A stretch of DNA of 64,000 bases, from the NCBI GenBank assembly GCA_964057225.1, contig OZ059900.1, positions 14,384,001-14,448,000 on the forward strand. Direction: 5' to 3'. Below are positions 54,557 to 63,445 of this stretch, one piece after another. The DNA is from Auanema rhodensis (Eukaryota > Animalia > Nematoda). Made by a program: the position numbers and the translations under genes. The notes beneath the pieces were generated by a model. It made no database searches. It saw nothing but the letters and a program-made list of their open reading frames with translations, and was not told the origin of the DNA. Numbering within the stretch: the stretch's first letter is position 1; each line of letters starts with the position of its first letter.

Positions 54557-55318
54557 TCAGCCAGGCCTTAAGGATACTAATGGCGACGCGCGCCACCACT
54601 CCGGACCAGAAAAGAAAGAAAATGATGATAGCAGGCCAGGCGACGGAACTGCTGACAGACGTCAGCCTGTTCCACATATGGACGGTCGCCGACCGGCAAC
54701 CCGCGACCGACTTCCAGCTGGGACAAATCGAGGAGGAAGAAGGATAACAGCTGCACGAGGTGAATTCATAGTTTTTCTTTTCTTCTCTTTTCTTTTCTTT
54801 TCTTTTTCTTTTTATATTGTTTTCATTTTTTTTAATATTATTCCTATTACACTATTATTCCTATTCTAGTATTCTAATTCTAATTCATTTATATATATAT
54901 TTTTTTCTCTTTTGTTTCTTTTCCTTAAAAGGTCTAATTTCTTATAGCTGAGGTCAGCTACTTTTTCAATATAAGGCATGTTCCATACGTGTCTTATAAA
55001 GAAGGCGGTTGACAACGTCAACCGACTTTTGGTTAATAGAATTCAATAAGAAACTAGACCTGAACTACTTTTTGTATAAATTCAATTATATTTGTAATTA
55101 ATATTTTGCTATATAAACCCCTGAGAAAGCAACTAGGTTGGCTTTTCTCATAACATGTAGTTTCATTTATTTGATTATTGTATTTTGCTTTTATAGTTGT
55201 ATTTCCATATTCTGAATAAACTTCTTTTTCTCTACTCTCTGTTACTTTTACAATGGCATTCACACTATTAAAGTCCATATGGTTACCTAGCCGGAACCCT
55301 AGGAACCAATATGGAACG
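54557..55318 (+). promoter_or_regulatory. Putative LTR region (left boundary undefined)
   Basis: TATATAAA at 55110-55117, AATAAA at 55215-55220 and the PBS at 55319 follow U3-R-U5 order. There is no second copy to confirm this and no CA terminus. Confidence 0.55.
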
Positions 55319-55339
55319 TGGAGGTTCCACCGAGATTCG
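55319..55339 (+). promoter_or_regulatory. Primer binding site, tRNA-Gln
   Basis: TGGAGGTTCCACCGAGAT(TCG) is complementary to ...AUCUCGGUGGAACCUCCA, the 3' 18 nt of animal tRNA-Gln including CCA. Confidence 0.9.
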
Positions 55340-56449
55340 TCTATAAGAGACGAATCTCTATGGACCATTGCCGCTACTTTTCTCACCTTTAAATTACTTT
55401 CTCTTTCTTTGAAATCCTTTTTACTCTAAAAATTTATCTTGATTTCATATCCAAAAATTCTAATTAAATTTTATATTTCAAACTTTCAAGTCAATTTTGT
55501 ATCTAAAACAAAAACTCCAATTTAATCTAGTAATTCGAATTTATCTCTAAATATCATTCTTCTAACATCATTTCTGATATATCTATTGGAAAAAAAAATG
55601 TCTTATACATATTATCTATTACAATCTATATTCCTACTTTGTTCCTCTACTTTCCTGTATGTTTAAAGCATATAATGCATGAAAACTCTTTTTGGAACAA
55701 GCATATCAAAATATTTAACCACGAATAATATTAAAAACTATCAATTCATGAAATATCTTAAAGACATTTATTCATATTGCAACACTTACCCATAAGTCAT
55801 CTTGAAAACATCTTATCACAAGCTAAATTTTGAAAATATCTATTCATAAATCATTCTGAAAACATTGATTCATAAACAAAACCACTATTCTTGATATCTA
55901 ACGCATTTTTATGAGAAAGCCCCGTGAGAAACAATACCAGACATTCTCGGGACATCGCGCGGAGGCGTACACTTTTTGATATAAGACGCGCAATCATTTG
56001 AAATTAACCCTTTTTGGTCCCGTATGTGAATTAAAGAATATTTTGAAGTTGAGTGGTCCCACCTAGCAAGACCCAGGGGAACAGAAGTAACGTTAAAAGG
56101 GAACGTCTTTTGGGGGTTTGCTTAGGTAAGAGAAGTCTGGAAAAGTGAGTATGAGAAGCCTGTGTACCTGATCTTGTCCATGACTGAAAAGGAGCAATAC
56201 ACAGACCACTGTCTCATATCTCATGCCTCTTCGAGAGATAAGAACTTGGTCCTTTGCTAAAGGTCACACGTAGTTGCGGACTCGTGTATGAACCTGACCA
56301 GGCTATTCTCCGACTAGAGACCCGCTGCAGGCTGGCCCCCTGACAGGAACAGGAGTCGCGCATACCAACCCCATATTGTCTCTTACGTTTTGTATAATAT
56401 AAGCTCAGTCTTCGTTGGTTAATAATTTCCTTCCAGGAAACCAACAAAG

Positions 56450-59400
56450 ATGGCTGACGCAGCGAATCAAAACCCTCCGCCGGGAAATATTGCCCAAAAT
56501 GCTACGAATAGCGCAGAGAAAACTCAGACAGTGGAAGCAGCACTGCATAGAAACCAAAGAAAAAGAGGACCACCGGATGCATTCCGACCAGATGCGAAAT
56601 ATCCGAAAACGAACGCGAAATCAAAGAAATTACCCCCTATTCCGGGTACACCGCTAACTGCTAAGCAACTTTATACTACTGCTATTAAAACTACTAGGCA
56701 TGCAATTAGCTTGAATAAGAATAAAACATCATCCAGTAAATCTACGCCCAAACGCTCTTCTCACTCTCCAAAAACAGTTGTTAATACCGGCACTAACACT
56801 TGTCCTCCAAATCACACTTCTCCTCAACGCCTTGTTCAAACCGCAAATGCGGAAATCCTCACCTCTCCTATTCCTAGAAACTCTCCCTTTTCCACTGATC
56901 AATCTTTGCACGGGCACTCTCTGTCTCCTGTCTCTTCTTCGTCAGACAATAACGTAAATTTGACTTCGAATGTTACAGAGCAGAGAAGTCGCCCTCAAAT
57001 GGCAGAGCAGATGGAGCAAGACAACTCTCCTATTGCAAGAGCCCACAACGTTTCTATTCGCCATCACAAACCTACGCTTTATGATGGATCGGTTCCATTC
57101 AACCTCTACATGCAAAGACTAGAAGGATATTTCGATGCCCTTCAAGTCCCTATTGCCGAGAGACTTTCCCATCTCTATCTACTTCTCGGAACGGATAGAG
57201 CCGCTGAAGCTCTTCGAACTATACCAGCAGAAGACTTACGCCAGGGATGGAACCACGTCAAACGCATACTATCGGAGAAATTACAACCTCCAGAAAAGAG
57301 AGATGCAGCATTCACAAAACTCACTCATTTGAAACAAGGAGAGCACGAAACGGTACAAAATTTCGCTCAACGCTGCAGAAACCTTGCCTATGAATCATGC
57401 AACATGGACTCCACAGCCGATGAAAGAATACTACGAGTTTCATTCTTAGGAGGACTACGAAAGACTTTAAGAACACATGTCAATAACCGCAGCCCTATCA
57501 CCTTTGATGCAGCCGTGACTATTGCCGAAACTGTGGAAGCTGACGAGGATCCTTCGCTCTTGGTCAACAACTTGATTAAAGACGTGGAACAACTAGAGAT
57601 TACTAACGGTCTCATAAACCACATGAGAGCATCACAACAGGAGAAAATCTATGACGGATCACAAACACACCAATCAAGAACATTCTATGGAAATCAATCA
57701 AGACCACAACACCCACAAGAGCAATGGAATCAAAGAAGAGGAGGATACCGCTCACCAAGATACCAAGAGGATCGACAAAATAACCGTCACAACTTCAGAC
57801 AGGATAACAGAAACAATGGATATCAACGAGGATACAACAATTATCGTAGCCCCCAACGGTACGATAGATACAATGATCGATACAACAGCAGAGGAAACGA
57901 TCGATATGATAGCAGAAGGAACGATCGACAGGAGCACAGAGGAAACGACCGATACAACCGCGGAAACTGTCCTGATCGCGGATTTCAACAACGAAATCGC
58001 AGCACTTCATATGGACCACATAACAGGCACAGAGATCGCACAAGAAGCCCCAGCGTCCGTTTTCACGTTAACAAAGTAGAAAAGGAAACAGTCAAAACAA
58101 AGAAGACACTTCCGTTCATACCGCTATTCTTATCCGTCATTGCCCTATCTATGATACCTTGCCAGGCAGACAACACCTATCAACTCTGCATTGGCAAACG
58201 AGGAGGTATTTTCCTCGAACCACCTCGCCCAACCACCTGCTCAGACTATGCACACAAGGACGGAGTCGAGATAAAAACAGTGGAACTATTCGCAGAAAAT
58301 ATGAATTACAAGGAATGGGAAGCATGGAAATGCGCCAAGGAAATCTATAAAACGTGCGCCCACGACTTATTCTTCATCAGGGAAAATAACGTTACATTAC
58401 TCCGAATAGAACCAGCCACTCCACAAGAATGCCAAACAGCCATTCAAGAAAGACGACACATGGATAACGACCTCAATCGCGAAGCACCAGGACTATTCAA
58501 AGCCCCTATGCCATCTAATACACAATCAAAATCGTTTTGGGCATCCTCTTGCACAACCAAGTCAAGATTCACCTTAGAAAGAGGAATGATGACTAGCCTA
58601 CACGATGACACTATAATCTCCGACTTATTCATCAACACTGAAGGATGCACTAAGCAACAAGGAGTATGCAACACCACCAACGCAGTTATCACATGGATCC
58701 CACCCAATGATCATCGAAATTGCGACTACACGACATTAGGGAAATTCGAAGCACTAATCAACAATGATACTGTATTAATCTCGGAAATACAAGGGGCATT
58801 CATTCTCAAAAACAACACGCCAGACCCTACAGCTACAAGATGTATGAATACAAGCATCTACTCAACTGATAGTGGTACGTACATTTCCATCAAGGACTTA
58901 AAAACACACCGACGTCAAAAGAGGATGGCACCCCAAGAATACCCTACGAGATTCTTCAATATCACTATCTACAAATCACTTCGCCTCACAGACAGTTCTA
59001 CAGGTATACTACCTATGTACCAGACATATCGAAATAGGAAAAGACTGGACAACGCTTATAACCTTATGGAATATCTCAAGACATCTAGCGTACACATAGG
59101 TTTCATCAAATTCCTACAACTAGATTCATCAAAACTGAAGAACCGACTCTTATGGCACAACTACACTGACATCAACATGGTTATCCTGCACACACTTGCA
59201 GAAGCTGAGATTCGACTTTCTACGAAAATTGCCATCGAACACCTACTGCCATCAGAGATCACGGCAAAACTCAGCAAGCAAATCACTATCAGCGACTTTG
59301 CCACACGTCTACTCAACTACGAAGGCGATTATCTCGACCGAGCAAGACAAATAGCAATTGAAATAGCTCACACACCTACCACTCTGGCAACAGGAGAGAC

Positions 59401-60010
59401 TATTCCATCAATGGAGGACTATCTGTACCAACTGTACCCACCCAGGATGACAAAACTGCCTAGATCACGCACTGACACACAGTTCTACACCCAGATGGAT
59501 CAAATACAGGAGTTTCTTAATTATCTAGAGCAAAACAATCGTCTAACTCGGATATCAAAAGAACAAAGAGAGACAGAAAATAAGAAATGGGCAGATCTCA
59601 CAAAACAGGCAAATTCGTCAGCAATCGTCTTTCCCAACTATACCCTCATCTTCAACGGACACGCACAAAATTATGGGTTGCCCAAAAATCAACCTACAAT
59701 CAGACCTATCACGGATGAAGACAGCAAATTATTTCAACAAGCATATCTTCAGCTCATTGAGTCACCTGGTGCTAGCCCCACAACCACCACTACTACAACC
59801 ACCACAACCACTACATCGACTACCACAACAACTGCCCCGACAACTACTACTCATCGGACGTCTCCACCTCAACCTACAACTACACCAAGGAGATATTACT
59901 ATTACCAGAGTACAACAACTCCAGTAACTCCACCACCACGTCCTCTCACCACCACATCCCGCAGGGAATCTACTAGGACACTTCCAACAACTCGGACTAC
60001 TACAAAGTGA
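56450..60010 (+). CDS. gag-env: Polyprotein part 1: Gag capsid, Arg/Gly/Asn/Tyr-rich region, internal signal peptide, N-terminal glycoprotein half, mucin-like tract
   Basis: KPTLYDGSVPF...LKQGEHETVQNFAQR (retrotransposon capsid); hydrophobic LPFIPLFLSVIALSMIPCQA at 58109-58168; Cys-rich ectodomain; furin-like RRQKR. It ends at an in-frame TGA, and the frame stays open afterwards. Confidence 0.88.
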   Translation: MADAANQNPPPGNIAQNATNSAEKTQTVEAALHRNQRKRGPPDAFRPDAKYPKTNAKSKKLPPIPGTPLTAKQLYTTAIKTTRHAISLNKNKTSSSKSTPKRSSHSPKTVVNTGTNTCPPNHTSPQRLVQTANAEILTSPIPRNSPFSTDQSLHGHSLSPVSSSSDNNVNLTSNVTEQRSRPQMAEQMEQDNSPIARAHNVSIRHHKPTLYDGSVPFNLYMQRLEGYFDALQVPIAERLSHLYLLLGTDRAAEALRTIPAEDLRQGWNHVKRILSEKLQPPEKRDAAFTKLTHLKQGEHETVQNFAQRCRNLAYESCNMDSTADERILRVSFLGGLRKTLRTHVNNRSPITFDAAVTIAETVEADEDPSLLVNNLIKDVEQLEITNGLINHMRASQQEKIYDGSQTHQSRTFYGNQSRPQHPQEQWNQRRGGYRSPRYQEDRQNNRHNFRQDNRNNGYQRGYNNYRSPQRYDRYNDRYNSRGNDRYDSRRNDRQEHRGNDRYNRGNCPDRGFQQRNRSTSYGPHNRHRDRTRSPSVRFHVNKVEKETVKTKKTLPFIPLFLSVIALSMIPCQADNTYQLCIGKRGGIFLEPPRPTTCSDYAHKDGVEIKTVELFAENMNYKEWEAWKCAKEIYKTCAHDLFFIRENNVTLLRIEPATPQECQTAIQERRHMDNDLNREAPGLFKAPMPSNTQSKSFWASSCTTKSRFTLERGMMTSLHDDTIISDLFINTEGCTKQQGVCNTTNAVITWIPPNDHRNCDYTTLGKFEALINNDTVLISEIQGAFILKNNTPDPTATRCMNTSIYSTDSGTYISIKDLKTHRRQKRMAPQEYPTRFFNITIYKSLRLTDSSTGILPMYQTYRNRKRLDNAYNLMEYLKTSSVHIGFIKFLQLDSSKLKNRLLWHNYTDINMVILHTLAEAEIRLSTKIAIEHLLPSEITAKLSKQITISDFATRLLNYEGDYLDRARQIAIEIAHTPTTLATGETIPSMEDYLYQLYPPRMTKLPRSRTDTQFYTQMDQIQEFLNYLEQNNRLTRISKEQRETENKKWADLTKQANSSAIVFPNYTLIFNGHAQNYGLPKNQPTIRPITDEDSKLFQQAYLQLIESPGASPTTTTTTTTTTTTSTTTTTAPTTTTHRTSPPQPTTTPRRYYYYQSTTTPVTPPPRPLTTTSRRESTRTLPTTRTTTK

Positions 60011-62089
60011 GCAACAACGACCCAACCGATTGAGGAAATCAAATCTCACACTGGATCACAAGCACACCTCAATTTCCTACGAACACGAGCAGATATCATT
60101 CAAAAATACGACGATCAACTACGCCAACAAGATACAAGGTCCCACCTCCAATACTCTACGTCAAAACTAGAGGAGGAAATCTTACAATCTTTCCAAATAA
60201 CAAAGAAAAACGTATGCAGAATGCAAAATAAGCAGCTACTTACCTGGTGGGCAATCCTGCAGATTAATCCGACTATAGGAATTCGCACTATGCTTCGTCG
60301 ACAGGATATTTCAGCAAAGTTTGTTGGAGAACATCTTATTTACGTCATGCCATGCACCCCTGTACAAGTAACACGTGTATACTCGGATCACAAACGAGAC
60401 GATAAATGTTACCTGGAGACACCGGTAGACACGGAACATCACGGAAAACTCTTCATCACACCAGGATCAAGAGATTTAACACCATATGCCCACATCATAG
60501 CATGCGATATGGCTACATCAGATCCCTACAGAGAAAACAATCAATGGATGAAAGATAATTCAACATTGAATGTGACTAACTTCTCATTTTCGGATGAACT
60601 CACATCTGTAAAAATTGATCACATTAAGTTTAACAATTCCAACATATTTTCAAACCTCACGGAGTCAACATTTCCAATGGCACTGGCTATTTCCTACGGC
60701 TCTAGCCTAGCATCTTTACAAGCAACTATGCCAGGAAAATTGAAACCAGTCTTCAAACATTCTGGACTATCCAATCTGAATCCAATAGGAATTATAGGAG
60801 GAACAGTTGGAACGACATCAATGATAGCAGATAACATATCAAACAACGCGGAGAAACAAATCACAAATTTCTTTGGATACATAGGAGAATCAATTACAAC
60901 ATGGATACTAAGGACACTAGCTATTATTGGAGCAATCATCGTCACAATAGGACTCATAACTGTTACCATTTGGGCATTAAAAATATATGCATGTACCACA
61001 AGGATACCAATCAATCAAATTACATTCAACGAACAAGACGAAGAACCAAGAGGAGAGGACAAACAATTCGAATTAAAACCATTAGTCACTTCTCAGCAAG
61101 AGAAATTATATACAAGAACCTCTCGATATGATCCTGACGCCCCACTATCAGATAATGACTTTTTCGCCTATCTACCACGGTACGCTATGAAAGAATCAAG
61201 GATTAACTACATCGGAGGATCACGACTACCTTTCGTACCTCTCTCCATTCACAATCAGATCATTACTGCTTTATGGGACACAGGAGCTTCTATATCATAC
61301 ATGAAGGAAAGTACATTTCAACAACTACCGGCAGCAACAATGGTTATGGAAAAGACAACAGCCATTGTAGCAAACAAATCACGATTTTCTTTCCTGGGCT
61401 ACACAAGAATCCCAATTATTATCGGGAAGACAGAAATCGAGCACAAAGTACTGATTTCTGCCAACAACCACTGCCCAGCACCAATATTATTAGGAATAGA
61501 CTTCATAGAAGCTCTCAACAAAATAGGAATAAATACTTCCTTACGACCACTACAAAATTCACTACTAATTGGAGACACAATAGTACCTTTAGCACAAGAC
61601 TACGCGCCATGGACTGAAAACCACACGATAGCACACGTCGTAAGCCTGGAAACTAAACAGTTCTACCCAGGAGAAACCAGATCGCTTACATTGGAAGTAG
61701 ACGATCCCGCCTCTTACGAACAAGCTTTCATTAGAAGCTCACAGCGGACAGGAAAAATGAGTTTCGCCCCTACTACTTTCACCCCAACGGGATATGGAGT
61801 TCAGATATTTGCTACAAATATCTCTCCAGACACAATTGTAGTACAGACAAATCAAGGCATTGGAACAGCTTACGCTATCCCGAAAAACACGGAGGAGCAA
61901 AAAGGACAATATGTGCCACCAGAAGCAAGATGGGAAGATCAACTACCATACTTCCCAGAGGACTTTATAAAAGACCTCGATGTAACAAACACCATCTTTA
62001 CTCAGCTAGAGAGACAACAGTTAAAGAAAATAGTGCTCAGAAACAAGGAAGCTTTCTTAAAACGAGGATCGCAATATTGGACTTTTTAA
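60011..62089 (+). CDS. env-pro: Polyprotein part 2, same frame: C-terminal half of a gB/chuvirus-like glycoprotein, TM, aspartic protease, linker
   Basis: 60011-60220 is open and in frame with both annotated ORFs. LQY...VCRMQN...W....QINP...DISAKFVG...V.PC resembles the class III fusogen core helix. TM at about 60902-60994; ALWDTGASISY with DTG at 61277-61285; ILLGIDF. Confidence 0.85.
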   Translation, partial: ATTTQPIEEIKSHTGSQAHLNFLRTRADIIQKYDDQLRQQDTRSHLQYSTSKLEEEILQSFQITKKNVCRMQNKQLLTWWAILQINPTIGIRTMLRRQDISAKFVGEHLIYVMPCTPVQVTRVYSDHKRDDKCYLETPVDTEHHGKLFITPGSRDLTPYAHIIACDMATSDPYRENNQWMKDNSTLNVTNFSFSDELTSVKIDHIKFNNSNIFSNLTESTFPMALAISYGSSLASLQATMPGKLKPVFKHSGLSNLNPIGIIGGTVGTTSMIADNISNNAEKQITNFFGYIGESITTWILRTLAIIGAIIVTIGLITVTIWALKIYACTTRIPINQITFNEQDEEPRGEDKQFELKPLVTSQQEKLYTRTSRYDPDAPLSDNDFFAYLPRYAMKESRINYIGGSRLPFVPLSIHNQIITALWDTGASISYMKESTFQQLPAATMVMEKTTAIVANKSRFSFLGYTRIPIIIGKTEIEHKVLISANNHCPAPILLGIDFIEALNKIGINTSLRPLQNSLLIGDTIVPLAQDYAPWTENHTIAHVVSLETKQFYPGETRSLTLEVDDPASYEQAFIRSSQRTGKMSFAPTTFTPTGYGVQIFATNISPDTIVVQTNQGIGTAYAIPKNTEEQKGQYVPPEARWEDQLPYFPEDFIKDLDVTNTIFTQLERQQLKKIVLRNKEAFLKRGSQYWTF

Positions 62090-62255
62090 AGGACCAGTGG
62101 AACATAGCATCCCGATCATCGAAGGAAAAGTTCCATCTTTCAAAATCACGTATAGGATACCATTAGCGCAACAAGAAGAAGTGGAAAAGCAAGTGGAAGA
62201 AATGCTAGAGCAAGGAATAATCGAGCCATCTTTTTCTATGACTACCAGTCCAGCC
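62061..62255 (+). pseudogene. pol: N-terminal fragment of a gypsy-type reverse transcriptase (frameshifted, truncated)
   Basis: The +1 frame reads NEDRNIGLFKGPVEHSIPIIEGKVPSFKITYRIPLAQQEEVEKQVEEMLEQGIIEPSFSMTTSPA, then array DNA begins. Confidence 0.88.
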
Positions 62256-63030
62256 AATTGAGATAGAATATTAAAATTAAATAGAAATGTTTAAAAATTT
62301 AGAAAAAAAACACAAGCTCAAATCACTTTTGAAAAAACAGAAAGTTTAAAACAACCTTTTTTCTAAAAATTATCTTTTTTATCCGACTTTTTGAAAAAAA
62401 CAAAAATAGCATAACATTCAATAACGATGAATCAGAACAAAAACATTCTCCCCGGCCGGGAATTGAACCCGGGTCTCGCATGTGACAGACGCGGATACTC
62501 ACCACTATACTACCGAGGATTGAATTTGCACTTAGAAACTTTCATTAAGAGTGTGAGTTTGAATTATAGTAGAAGAATGAAACACTGTCTCTAACATATC
62601 TTGATTCATGGCCTACTTTACTCAAAGAGCTAATTGAAGTTTGGTGTTAAAATGAACAATTGATTAAAGCTGACGTTCCGTTTTTTTTCATCGTAATTGA
62701 GATAGAATATTTAAATTAAATAGAAATGTTTAAAAATTTAGAAAAAAAACACAAGCTCAAATCACTTTTGAAAAAACAGAAAGTTTAAAACAACCTTTTT
62801 TCTAAAAATTATCTTTTTTATCCGACTTTTTGAAAAAAACAAAAATAGCATAACATTCAATAACGATGAATCAGAACAAAAACATTCTCCCCGGCCGGGA
62901 ATTGAACCCGGGTCTCGCATGTGACAGACGCGGATACTCACCACTATACTACCGAGGATTGAATTTGCACTTAGAAACTTTCATTAAGAGTGTGAGTTTG
63001 AATTATAGTAGAAGAATGAAACACTGTCTC
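62256..63030 (-). repeat. Tandem tRNA-Asp array, segment 4 (tRNAs at 62448-62519 and 62887-62958)
   Basis: About 1.8 units with private variants (agaagaatga, gaatatt). Confidence 0.95.
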
Positions 63031-63337
63031 TGTCGCTTCGGCGAAGGTATTCGGTTGTCGGTATTCCGCTGAGAATTAATAGAACGGATAGTCAGTGGTA
63101 GAATGCTTTATTAAAGAGAAAGTTAACAATATCAACAAAATATAGATCGTCTATACTCCGTTGAAGTAAGTTGAGGTATGTCTTGTATTTTCCGATCCCA
63201 AAGATGAAGATATGGGAAGGCGGGCCGAAAAGTACAATCTGAAATAGACAAAGTAAAGGAAAACGATAAAAACAAAACTGAAATGGAACAAAACATAGAA
63301 AAAAGAATAAAAAATAATCGCTAACCGCGACGCGACA
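63031..63337 (-). repeat. 3' LTR, 307 bp
   Basis: Matches 38561-38865 apart from a few substitutions and a 2-nt length difference near 63180. Confidence 0.93.
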
Positions 63338-63445
63338 GTGCCGCCGCAGCTAAGCCATTGGCCTTTTGCGACGTTGTCCGTCGCATAATGACCCATGATG
63401 CTTATATAGTAAGATTTTTAAGGATAGTACGGAATTAGTTCAATG

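Larger units (their letters stand above)
54557..62255 (+). mobile_element. Truncated Ty3/gypsy-like (Metaviridae-like) retroelement with the envelope between gag and protease
   Basis: Putative LTR remnant, tRNA-Gln PBS, Gag, glycoprotein, DTG protease, and the start of a gypsy-type RT. There is no TSD, the array resumes out of phase, and most of RT plus RH, IN and the 3' LTR are missing. Confidence 0.88.

Noticed and set aside
60008-60010. Programmed stop-codon readthrough
   Set aside because: The stop lies mid-ectodomain in a TGA-G context. A CGA-to-TGA mutation in a truncated, frameshifted copy is simpler, though this cannot be fully excluded without other copies.
61630-61880. Functional dUTPase between protease and RT
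   Set aside because: The region has a beta-rich pattern reminiscent of degenerate dUTPase-like linkers, but no catalytic motifs are recognisable.
62057-62089. Programmed frameshift between protease and RT
   Set aside because: The shift needed is +1 at an A4 run, and conserved-looking residues begin before the TTTTTAAA stretch. It is more likely a single-base insertion.
56214-62257. Short antisense and alternate-frame ORFs within the retroelements
   Set aside because: They overlap long polyprotein frames, reflect codon bias or low complexity, and show no motifs.
63085-63170. Self-encoded tRNA gene in the LTR
   Set aside because: Only the D-arm 16-mer matches. No anticodon arm, T arm or B box follows.
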